In this document: positions 16,635-25,349 of the stretch, piece by piece
Layout: each line of letters opens with the position of its first letter
How positions within the stretch are numbered: position 1 is the first letter of the stretch
Source of the DNA: Microgenomates group bacterium
GTDB lineage: Bacteria > Patescibacteriota > Microgenomatia > UBA10105 > UBA927
DNA: 64,000 nt
Direction: 5' to 3'
Assembly: GCA_049287205.1 (NCBI GenBank)
Contig: JBAQFJ010000001.1
Location: 43,156 to 107,155, forward strand
Program-made: the position numbers and the translations under genes
The notes under the pieces: generated by a model
The model's database searches: none
What the model saw: the letters and a program-made list of their open reading frames with translations, nothing else
Told to the model about the DNA's origin: nothing

Positions 16635-19292
16635 ATGCAAAACCTTATACATTCGTCTATAATAGAACACATGCAGGATACAGACGGCGCTCAAATTATT
16701 TCTGTAGGTGATACGCAACATTCTTCAGATTTTGAAGCTAATGCTTCTGTCTTTCGTGGTGTCGATAATCAAAAAATTGAGGTCAAATGGCAAACATTTT
16801 GGAAGGACAGTCAGCTCGATGTTGTTGATATCGAGGGAGCAAAGAAGCCGTTTTATAACCTTATGATGTTCCCATATCCTTCTGCTGAAGGGTTACATGT
16901 TGGGAATATGTATGCATTCACAGGCTCAGATATTTATGGCAGATTCATGCGTATGCAAGGCTACGACGTCTTTGAGCCGATTGGTTTGGATGGTTTTGGT
17001 ATTCACAGTGAAAACTACGCGCTCAAGGTAGGGAAGCATCCAAAAGAACATGCCGCTGATTCCGAAAAGAATTTTTATAATCAATTACATAAAATTGGCG
17101 CCATGTTTGATTGGACGCGGACTGTTGAAACGTACCATCCTGATTATTACCGCTGGACACAATGGGTGTTTGTTCAGATGTTTAAGCATGGACTTGCTTA
17201 TCGAAATACTGCATCAGTAAACTGGTGCAACAGTTGTAAAACGGTACTTTCTGATGAGCAAGTGTTGCAAAAAACCGTTGATAGCGTTTCTACGCAAGTT
17301 TGTGAAAGATGCGGGAATAAAGTTGAAAAAAAATCGTTAGAACAATGGTTTTTTAGAATTACCGCATATGCGGGAAAATTGTTGGATCATTTGCCTAGCC
17401 TCAATTGGTCAGAGAAAGTAAAGACCGCGCAAGAAGCGTGGATTGGAAAAAAAGATGGTATCACAATAACGTACCCATTGATTGATGGGGATGATAAGGA
17501 AATTGGAAGTGTCAATTGTTTTACCACAAGACCGGATACTAATTTTGGTGCGACATTTGTTGTGATGGCACCAGAGCATCAATATATATCGCATATACTT
17601 AAATATGTATCAAATGATATCAAAAAGTCTATTGAATTATATTGTGAAAATACAAAAAAGAAGTCAGAAGCAGATAGGATTACTGAAGGACGGATAAAAA
17701 CAGGGGTAAACACAGGACTATTTTGTCTCAATTCATTAAACGGCGCAAAAATTCCATTATATATAAGCGATTTTGTGTTATCCGGCTTTGGGACAGGGGT
17801 GGTTGTTGGAGTTCCCGCACATGATGTGCGTGATTTTGAGTTTGCCCAAGTATTTAACTTGCCTGTCATTCGTGTGGTGAAGGGAAAAGACGGAAAAGCA
17901 GATGCAATAACGAAGAAAGAAGATGTACAGGAAAAGGAAGGAACGATGATGCAGTCTCAATTCTTGGATGGGTTAGACATTCATGAGGCAACGAGCAAAA
18001 TTATGGATCATTTAGAGGAAAAAGGTTGGGGAAGCCGAACAACAACGTATCATTTGCGTGACTGGACGATTTCAAGACAGCGGTATTGGGGTGCGCCGAT
18101 CCCGATGATTTACTGTGAGTCATGTGCCACAAAAAAAGTGGGTGATCAGGAGTCTATGCCGGGGTGGTGGACAGTACCTGAAGACCAATTGCCTGTTGTC
18201 TTGCCTGATATAGAGGATTACAAGCCACGAGACGATGGGATAGGGCCGCTTGCCAAGCATAAAGAGTTTTTTGAAGTCAAATGTCCGCACTGCGGGGGTG
18301 ATGCGCGAAGAGAAACAGATGTCTGTGACACATTTCTTGATAGCTCTTGGTATTATTTGCGATATCCGAGTGTTGGAAGCGCAACAACTGACACTCTTCC
18401 ATTTGATCCTGAATTGACGAAAAAATGGCTTCCTGTTGCTATGTATACAGGAGGGGCAGAACATAGCGTCCTCCATCTTATGTATAGTCGGTTTGTGACC
18501 ATGGCACTTTATGATTTTGGTTTTCTCCCATTTGACGAGCCGTTTACTAATTTTTTTGCGCACGGACTTGTGATTAAAGATGGTGCGAAGATGAGTAAAA
18601 GCAAAGGGAACGTAGTTAATCCTGACACATACATTGAAAAATACGGTGCAGATGCCCTCCGAATGTACTTAATGTTCATGGGGCCATTTGCAGATGGGGG
18701 AGATTTTCGGGATACAGGTATGGAAGGTATGAATCGCTTTATCGGTCGTATTTGGCGCTTCATGAGTTCGAGTGCTAACATATCTCCGGAAGAATCTGAC
18801 GCGATAATTCACAGACAATTACAAATGGCTATCGCACGCGTAACAGATGATTTAGTGAAACGAAGATATAATACGGCAATTGCAGCGCTTATGGAATTCA
18901 TGAATGTTACAACCAGCGGTGAAAAAAAGATTTCAGCGAGTGATGCAAAAGATTTTGTTAAAATCCTCGCGCCATTTGCTCCACATGTTGCTGAAGAACT
19001 TTGGGTGCGGTTGACGACAGGTGGTGATGAAATTCCTGCAACGTATACAACAGTACATAAAGAATCTTGGCCAATGTATGACAAAAGTCTATTAATTGAT
19101 AGTTCGATACAGTTTGTTATACAAGTAAACGGAAAGATGCGGGAAACTATTACCGTTTCTCGGACAGATGGTGAAAATCAGGAAAAAATTGAAACTCTGG
19201 CAAGGGGAAGCGAAAAGATCCAAAAGTTTGTAACGACACCAATAAAGAAAGTCATTTTCATCAAAAATAAACTGATAAACTTTGTGGTGTAA
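16635..19292 (+). CDS. leuS: leucyl-tRNA synthetase
   Basis: PYPSAEGLHVGNMYAFTGSDIYGRFMRMQGYDVFEPIGLDGFGIHSEN and KMSKSKGN. Editing and anticodon-binding regions are present. The start is ambiguous between 16635 and 16671. Confidence 0.9.
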   Translation: MQNLIHSSIIEHMQDTDGAQIISVGDTQHSSDFEANASVFRGVDNQKIEVKWQTFWKDSQLDVVDIEGAKKPFYNLMMFPYPSAEGLHVGNMYAFTGSDIYGRFMRMQGYDVFEPIGLDGFGIHSENYALKVGKHPKEHAADSEKNFYNQLHKIGAMFDWTRTVETYHPDYYRWTQWVFVQMFKHGLAYRNTASVNWCNSCKTVLSDEQVLQKTVDSVSTQVCERCGNKVEKKSLEQWFFRITAYAGKLLDHLPSLNWSEKVKTAQEAWIGKKDGITITYPLIDGDDKEIGSVNCFTTRPDTNFGATFVVMAPEHQYISHILKYVSNDIKKSIELYCENTKKKSEADRITEGRIKTGVNTGLFCLNSLNGAKIPLYISDFVLSGFGTGVVVGVPAHDVRDFEFAQVFNLPVIRVVKGKDGKADAITKKEDVQEKEGTMMQSQFLDGLDIHEATSKIMDHLEEKGWGSRTTTYHLRDWTISRQRYWGAPIPMIYCESCATKKVGDQESMPGWWTVPEDQLPVVLPDIEDYKPRDDGIGPLAKHKEFFEVKCPHCGGDARRETDVCDTFLDSSWYYLRYPSVGSATTDTLPFDPELTKKWLPVAMYTGGAEHSVLHLMYSRFVTMALYDFGFLPFDEPFTNFFAHGLVIKDGAKMSKSKGNVVNPDTYIEKYGADALRMYLMFMGPFADGGDFRDTGMEGMNRFIGRIWRFMSSSANISPEESDAIIHRQLQMAIARVTDDLVKRRYNTAIAALMEFMNVTTSGEKKISASDAKDFVKILAPFAPHVAEELWVRLTTGGDEIPATYTTVHKESWPMYDKSLLIDSSIQFVIQVNGKMRETITVSRTDGENQEKIETLARGSEKIQKFVTTPIKKVIFIKNKLINFVV

Positions 19293-19350
19293 CTTCCTTT
19301 TTTTTAGAACTCTTGTGTCGTTTATCCATTTTGTGATCTAATTAAGAAAT

Positions 19351-19962
19351 ATGGGGGAGCAAACTGCCTTACCTCCATCGGAATCTCAACATTTTTTCCA
19401 CGTTTATCGTGTTCCTTTTATTTTCCTTATCGCAAGCACTGTCTGCATTGTTGCATCTGTGATACTTTTTACCAAAACGCTACAAACAAACGAACAAATC
19501 CAATTTAGCAGCGATAAATATGAAATTAGCTCATCAGAATCAGCTAAAATAGCTATCGACATACGGGGTGCTGTATTGCGCCCAGGAGTCTATTATGTGT
19601 CAAACGGCAGCAGAATAGCAGATGTCATCAGTTTAGCCGGCGGCGTAAGCGATGCCGTAGATATTGATCTCGCGGATAAAATATTGAACTATGCAAGTTA
19701 TGTGTCTGATGGGATGAAAATTTACGTTCCGAAGGAAGAAAATATGTTGTCAGGACAGTCTCAATCGTTGACTTCTGCGGAGGCTATTGTGAGTGTGAAT
19801 ACTGATTCTAGCACTCTACTTGAATCATTGCCAGGTATAGGGGAAATCACGGCAAAAAAGATTATTGACAATCGACCATATACAAGCCTTGAAGAGCTTG
19901 TGACAAAGCATGTTTTTAGCGCGTCATTACTTGAAAAACTAAGATCTCAACTGTCACTATAA
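19351..19962 (+). CDS. comEA: ComEA-like DNA-binding competence protein (TM anchor + SLBB + helix-hairpin-helix)
   Basis: N-terminal TM segment and C-terminal LPGIGEITAKKIIDNRPYTSLEELV HhH motif. Confidence 0.75.
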   Translation: MGEQTALPPSESQHFFHVYRVPFIFLIASTVCIVASVILFTKTLQTNEQIQFSSDKYEISSSESAKIAIDIRGAVLRPGVYYVSNGSRIADVISLAGGVSDAVDIDLADKILNYASYVSDGMKIYVPKEENMLSGQSQSLTSAEAIVSVNTDSSTLLESLPGIGEITAKKIIDNRPYTSLEELVTKHVFSASLLEKLRSQLSL

Positions 19963-19991
19963 TCGCTGTTTTTGCTTGTATAAATTTGTAA

Positions 19992-20837
19992 TTGTGCCCT
20001 ATGATTGATGTGAGCCTCGCCACCGCCTTTATTGCGCAAATTTTACCTGAACCGCATGCGGGGTTGCTTGCGGGTATTTTGTTTGGGGTTAAGTCAGTAA
20101 TCCCATATGAGTTGAAAAATGCATTGCAGACTACTGGAACGCTCCATATCACTGCTTTGTCCGGAATGAATATTACGATTTTAACGGGTATATTTTTTAG
20201 CACTTTTATTGTGTTTCTGCCACGGTTGTATGCAAGCATTCTTACGATCGGAGTGATAGGATTTTTTGTGTGGTTTGTTGGATATTCACCAAGTGTCGTT
20301 CGGGCCGCCATTATGGGCTGTATTACACTTTTGACAGCATTGACCGGCTATATTTCTATAGCACTATGTACATGGGGAATAACAGTCGTCGGTATGATTG
20401 TAGTACATCCTACGTGGGTAACGGATATTTCATTTCAACTTTCTGTACTTGCTTCATTAGGTATGATTTTGTTTAGTGCGAAGGGGGGTGCGGAGGGTGT
20501 GCAACGTATGCAGAGTGCGAAATGGCAATATATAGGGAAAAATGTCTATAGATGGATACAGAAAGAGCTTACTACAACGCTCTCCGCGCAAGTTTTTACG
20601 TTACCGCTTATTTTATTCACATTCGGCAGAATTTCATTGATCTCTCCGCTCACCAATCTCCTTATTGGGTGGACAATTCCCATTATTACGGTGCTCGGAT
20701 TGGCAGTATGTTTGTTTGGATTGTTTATACCTTCCGTATCATATATTCTTGGATGGGGCACATGGGTGTTTTTAGAGTTTGTAATTCGGATCGTACTATG
20801 GACAGGACATATACCATTTGCCAGTATTGGAAGATAA
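19992..20837 (+). CDS. comEC: ComEC/Rec2 competence channel, membrane (competence) domain only
   Basis: LLAGILFGVKSVIPYELKNALQTTGTLHITALSGMNITIL resembles the competence-domain signature. Polytopic. The ORF ends at 20837, and the ~300-bp gap that follows has no coding signal. Confidence 0.7.
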   Translation: MCPMIDVSLATAFIAQILPEPHAGLLAGILFGVKSVIPYELKNALQTTGTLHITALSGMNITILTGIFFSTFIVFLPRLYASILTIGVIGFFVWFVGYSPSVVRAAIMGCITLLTALTGYISIALCTWGITVVGMIVVHPTWVTDISFQLSVLASLGMILFSAKGGAEGVQRMQSAKWQYIGKNVYRWIQKELTTTLSAQVFTLPLILFTFGRISLISPLTNLLIGWTIPIITVLGLAVCLFGLFIPSVSYILGWGTWVFLEFVIRIVLWTGHIPFASIGR

Positions 20838-21134
20838 AATGCAATTATACGTATGTGTTTTTGTTAATAAAAAGTGTCTGTTTTTAGCCATAGCATGCAT
20901 ATGCGCCAGATAATTTGCGGGAATTAAATTGCGTCAGTACGGGATAATTACGTTATTACGTAAAACTTGTTATTATCGGATATGCCAACTATATCAAACT
21001 AATGCTGATCATGGCTACATGCATGCGGAAAAATAGACCGAAACATACTTAATATAAGTTACTATGTTATATGGTGTGCGGGAATTACATATTTCGATTG
21101 CAGTCTATTATGCGTCAATTAATGAATCTATTTC

Positions 21135-22043
21135 GTGAAATGTATGTTTAAATTAAAAACAGGATACTTCATCAGTGGTATTATTACAGGCTTAATATTA
21201 TTGTTTAATTTTTTCCAGCAATTACCGGATGGAAAATTGCATATCGTGTTTTGTAATGTCGGACAGGGGGATGCGACATACATTCAATTTCCCAGAGGAA
21301 AAGATATGTTGATTGATGGAGGACCCGGCGGGCAAACGCCAAAGGTTCTAGGATGCCTTGCAAAGCACATGTCAATGTTTGATAGAGAAATTGATGTTGT
21401 GGTACTTACACACCCGCAAGAAGACCATTTAGGAGGCTTGAATGAAATCGTAAAACGATATCAGGTACAGTATTTTGTGTACAGTGGAAGAACTGCAATG
21501 ACAGAAGGGTTTACAACCCTCATAAAACAGATCCGTGAAAAACAAATTCCTGTGCGTATTGCCGTGACAGGGGAAGACATAGTAATTGGAAAAACGCAAT
21601 TTTCTGTGCTTTTTCCACAACCATCATCGGTTGCTTACGCGGGGAAATCAACGGTGTTGGGTGCAACAGATGTCAATGAATCGTGCCTTGTTTTGCGCCT
21701 ATCGTACGGTTCTTTTGACGCTTTGTTTATGGGTGATGCGGATAGTCAGGTGGATCCGGAACTGGTCAAACAACCATTTCGAACACAAGGGAAGCTGGAA
21801 GTATTGAAAGTCCCGCATCACGGCTCTAAAACCGGCATGACAGAAGGGTTTTTTACTTGGATTGGACTCACGGATACTGCCATTATTTCTGTTGGGAAAA
21901 ATATGTACGGGCATCCCGCGCCGGAAACACTGCAACAACTGACAAAACGGAACATGCACGTGCAACGGACGGATCAGGAAGGGGATATAGAAATTATTAC
22001 GGATGGAAAGACATGGAGCGTTAAAACAGCAAAAACAAAGTAG
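21135..22043 (+). CDS. comEC: ComEC C-terminal metallo-beta-lactamase domain encoded as a separate ORF
   Basis: An N-terminal TM segment, then HIVFCNVGQGDATYIQFPRGKDMLIDGGPG...VLTHPQEDHLGGL...KVPHHGS, which is the MBL-fold ComEC nuclease domain. Confidence 0.75.
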   Translation: MKCMFKLKTGYFISGIITGLILLFNFFQQLPDGKLHIVFCNVGQGDATYIQFPRGKDMLIDGGPGGQTPKVLGCLAKHMSMFDREIDVVVLTHPQEDHLGGLNEIVKRYQVQYFVYSGRTAMTEGFTTLIKQIREKQIPVRIAVTGEDIVIGKTQFSVLFPQPSSVAYAGKSTVLGATDVNESCLVLRLSYGSFDALFMGDADSQVDPELVKQPFRTQGKLEVLKVPHHGSKTGMTEGFFTWIGLTDTAIISVGKNMYGHPAPETLQQLTKRNMHVQRTDQEGDIEIITDGKTWSVKTAKTK

Positions 22044-22069
22044 TGTGTTTGTTGTATATTTTTCCTCTC

Positions 22070-22099
22070 TTGACAAAAGATTTTATTTCGTAGTATAGT
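22070..22099 (+). promoter_or_regulatory. sigma70-like promoter TTGACA-18-TATAGT
   Basis: TTGACA at 22070-22075, an 18-nt spacer, and TATAGT at 22094-22099. Confidence 0.5.
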
Positions 22100-22109
22100 A
22101 TTTACTTCA

Positions 22110-22331
22110 AAAGTAAATATGTGTATGGCGTTGATGAGGAAAGGTTTTTTAACCCTCGAGCCTCGGAGCCGGAAATCGAAGAAATTTTACTCTCTGTAAA
22201 AAAGTAGATTTCAAAAATGAGTGAAATGCAGTATGCATTTCTAAATGAAGGTGGCACCACGGCCTATTATGACCGTCCTTTTGTACTTCCATCCCTCCTT
22301 AGGGGTGGAGATACAAGCGGACGGTTTTTTT
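22110..22331 (+). promoter_or_regulatory. candidate T-box riboswitch leader (tRNA-sensing antiterminator) upstream of argH-argG-argS
   Basis: AATGAAGGTGGCACCACGG (22244-22262) matches the T-box consensus AATTAGGGTGGTACCGCGG at about 15 of 19 positions. ACGG (22258-22261) can pair with CCGT (22271-22274), the 5' arm of the terminator hairpin (ccgtcc...ggacgg, 22271-22324) that is followed by a 7-T run. AGTAG and GCGTTGA boxes lie upstream. Confidence 0.45.
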
Positions 22332-22542
22332 GTGGATTCGTAGTTATTTCGAGTCATCGAGAAATATATGAAATTTTATTGTTCTGACGATCTACACTTT
22401 TTATTTGGTATATCTGCCAGTGCTTCGTTTGTGCTCCGACGATCCTTCCGACCACGTTTGACGTGGCGACGCGCGTAAGCGCTACAAACTTCGTTTTTTT
22501 ATCCATCGTTTTTTCGTATCAATTTTTTAGCAAAGGAGGAAT

Positions 22543-24072
22543 ATGCAATCAAACATAGCAGTAAAAAATACACTTTGGGGCTCTGCATTCAGCAAACAGC
22601 CTAGTGCTGGCGTGCTTGCATTCACTGCAGGACGGGATGTTGTCGGTGTGCCGCCAGCTGACAGCGCACTCGTGCCATATGACACAACAGTAAACATGGC
22701 GCACTGCGTCATGCTCGCAAAACAGGGAATCATTCCTGTTGCAACTGCCGCAAAAATCGTGACTGAACTGGGTGCGTTACAAAAGCTTGTTACAGCGGGC
22801 AAATTTATTCTAGATCCGGCAAAAGAGGATGTGCATACAAACATAGAGTCTTGGCTTACTAAGCAGTTGGGAATGGAAATTGCCGGACAGCTCCATACCG
22901 CCAGATCAAGAAATGATCAGGTTGCGACTGATATGGCGTTGTATCTGAAAGATCAGACGATAGCGTTTGTTCAGGAAATAACTGCGCTTATATCTGTCCT
23001 TTTGGTCTTGGCAAAACACCATCAAACCACGATTATTCCCGGTTTTACGCATCATCAGCATGCCATGGTGACAACGCTCGGGCATATATGTTTAGGTTTT
23101 GCATCGATGATTTTGCATGATGCGAAAAAAGTTACGCAATGGATGGAGCTTCATGATGTAAGTCCGTTGGGGAGCATCGTGTCGTACGGCACGTCGCATC
23201 CTATTGATTCGGCCTACATTGCGGCGCTGTTGGGGTTTGCTAAATCAAATATAAATTCGCTTGACATGGTCATGAATCGTTGGGAAGCGGAAGCGGATCT
23301 TGCATATGCGCTTTCCAGTCTGATGAATCATTGTTCCTCGATTGCGGAAACACTCATTCTTTGGGCAACACCGGAGTTTGGGATGATTTCTCTGGCAGAT
23401 CAGTATTCAACAGGCAGTTCCATTATGCCGCAAAAGAAAAATCCTGATCCTTTGGAGGTGATAAAAGCAAAAACAAGCGTTGTGCACGGGTGTCTTTCGA
23501 GTTTGCTTGGTATTGGAAAAGCAAATTTCATCGGATATAACCGTGACACGCAATGGACGAAATATCTCATCATGGATGTCATCCATGAATGTGCGTTTGT
23601 TCCGTCAGTACTTGCCGGCGTGTTGCAAACATTGATTGTTCATACAGAAAGTATGGCAGGGTGGTGCACAAAAAATTTCATCGGTGCAACGACTGTCATG
23701 GAACAACTAACAGCAACCTATCATGTGCCGATGCGTCAGGCGAAGATTGCTGTGGAAAAAGCCGTACTGTATTCAAAAAAGAACGACACGATTCAAACAA
23801 TCGCACTGCATAAGGCCTTGAAAGAATTGCATATTGCCGTTTCGGTGACAAAAGAGGAAATAAGCGCGTGGCAAGATCCAAAAACGAGTATCTCGCTGAC
23901 GAAATCAGCAGGCGGTCCGGGAAAACAAGCAATGAAGCAGGCATTCGTTGATCTGGCGCGGGAAGTCGCGGTTATTCAGTCGTGGCTCGCGATTCAGAAA
24001 AAAAATAAAAAACACGCGCAAGATCTGCTTGAGAAAGCAGTACAAACGTTCGTAAAGAAAGGGAATATATGA
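22543..24072 (+). CDS. argH: argininosuccinate lyase
   Basis: RBS aaaggagg. TARSRNDQVATD and GSSIMPQKKNPD signatures. Confidence 0.9.
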   Translation: MQSNIAVKNTLWGSAFSKQPSAGVLAFTAGRDVVGVPPADSALVPYDTTVNMAHCVMLAKQGIIPVATAAKIVTELGALQKLVTAGKFILDPAKEDVHTNIESWLTKQLGMEIAGQLHTARSRNDQVATDMALYLKDQTIAFVQEITALISVLLVLAKHHQTTIIPGFTHHQHAMVTTLGHICLGFASMILHDAKKVTQWMELHDVSPLGSIVSYGTSHPIDSAYIAALLGFAKSNINSLDMVMNRWEAEADLAYALSSLMNHCSSIAETLILWATPEFGMISLADQYSTGSSIMPQKKNPDPLEVIKAKTSVVHGCLSSLLGIGKANFIGYNRDTQWTKYLIMDVIHECAFVPSVLAGVLQTLIVHTESMAGWCTKNFIGATTVMEQLTATYHVPMRQAKIAVEKAVLYSKKNDTIQTIALHKALKELHIAVSVTKEEISAWQDPKTSISLTKSAGGPGKQAMKQAFVDLAREVAVIQSWLAIQKKNKKHAQDLLEKAVQTFVKKGNI

Positions 24073-25340
24073 AACAAACAACAACATACATGAAAGTTGC
24101 TTCTCATGAAGCAAAAGAAGGCCATATCAAAAAAGTGATTTTACTCTACTCAGGAGGGCTGGATACCAGTGTGATTTTGAAATGGATCAAAGATACGTAT
24201 CATGCTGAGGTGATTACCCTTACCATGGATTTAGGGCAGCAGGGAGATGATCTGGTGGCGATTCAGAAAAAAGCGTTGCTGCTTGGGGCAAAAAAGGCAA
24301 TTGTTATGGATGTGAAAGATGAGTTTGCAAAAGAATATATTGCTTTGGGAATTCAGGCAAATGCCAGTTATCAGGGCGAGTATCATTTATCAACGCCCAT
24401 TGGCCGTGCGCTTATCGCGAAAAAAGCAGTGGAAATTGCAAAAATGTATGGCGCTGATGCGATAGCCCACGGATGCACAGGAAAAGGAAATGATCAGGTG
24501 CGTTTGGAAGGGTATATGGTGACCTTAAATCCGGATATTAAAATTATCGCGCCTGTGCGTGAATGGAATATGGATAGAAATGAAGAAATACTCTATGCCA
24601 AGAAACACGGGATTCCAGTTCCAACTAGTATTGATTTTCCGTACAGCGTGGACGACAACATGTGGGGGATGACGTGGGAAGGCGGAGAAATTGAGGACCC
24701 AAAATATATTCCACTCGTGGAAAAGTTTTTGACGACGTACACACTTGCTAAAAACGCGCCGGATAAAGAAGAATTCATAACGATAACTTTTAAAAAAGGC
24801 ATCCCTGTTGCTGTAAACGGTAAAGCAATGAAGCTATCATCGCTCATTTTGGCATTAAACAACATTGCCGGCGCGCATGGTGTTGGTGTCGTGCATCTTG
24901 TGGAAGATCGTTTGGTTGGGCTGAAAGACAGAGGAGTGTATGAGCTTCCTGCAGGGCACGTGATTATTTCTGCACATAAGGCGCTCGAGCAATATGTTTC
25001 CACAAGAGAGCTCAATGAGCTGAAAAATCAGTTGGATATCAAATGGGCGTATCTTTGCTATGGTGCAAAATGGTTTGATCCGACGATGGACGCACTCAAT
25101 AGCTTTAATACAACTGTGAATCAAAAGGTGAATGGCGTTGTGACAGTCAAATTGTATAAGGGTACTGCGACCGTAGTTGCCATGACGTCGCCGTACGCGA
25201 TGCATCATGCGTCATTTGGAACCAAGAGCGGATACAGCTATAACGTCAATGCGAGCGCGGGGTTCATTGAAGTCTACACATTGCAGATGAAGTTGTCTAA
25301 ACAGGTAGAGAAGCAAGCACAACACATGCATAAAAAATGA
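24069..25340 (+). CDS. argG: argininosuccinate synthase
   Basis: VILLYSGGLDTSVILKWI PP-loop and AHGCTGKGNDQVR. Overlaps argH by 4 nt. Confidence 0.9.
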   Translation: MKQTTTYMKVASHEAKEGHIKKVILLYSGGLDTSVILKWIKDTYHAEVITLTMDLGQQGDDLVAIQKKALLLGAKKAIVMDVKDEFAKEYIALGIQANASYQGEYHLSTPIGRALIAKKAVEIAKMYGADAIAHGCTGKGNDQVRLEGYMVTLNPDIKIIAPVREWNMDRNEEILYAKKHGIPVPTSIDFPYSVDDNMWGMTWEGGEIEDPKYIPLVEKFLTTYTLAKNAPDKEEFITITFKKGIPVAVNGKAMKLSSLILALNNIAGAHGVGVVHLVEDRLVGLKDRGVYELPAGHVIISAHKALEQYVSTRELNELKNQLDIKWAYLCYGAKWFDPTMDALNSFNTTVNQKVNGVVTVKLYKGTATVVAMTSPYAMHHASFGTKSGYSYNVNASAGFIEVYTLQMKLSKQVEKQAQHMHKK

Positions 25341-25349
25341 ATTTCTGCT

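Noticed and set aside
22329-22343. tRNA gene suggested by GGATTCG/CGAATCC (T-loop-like) in the repeated element at 22329 and 32777.
   Set aside because: The reverse complement gives no T-stem complementarity, no acceptor stem and no CCA context. I recognised no tRNA cloverleaf anywhere in the window.
22205-22378. 57-aa ORF (MSEMQYAFLNEGGTTAYYDRPFVLPSLLRGGDTSGRFFCGFVVISSHREIYEILLF) overlapping the T-box core and terminator.
   Set aside because: It coincides exactly with the conserved RNA elements (GGTGGCACC, terminator stem). The RNA interpretation explains the sequence better.
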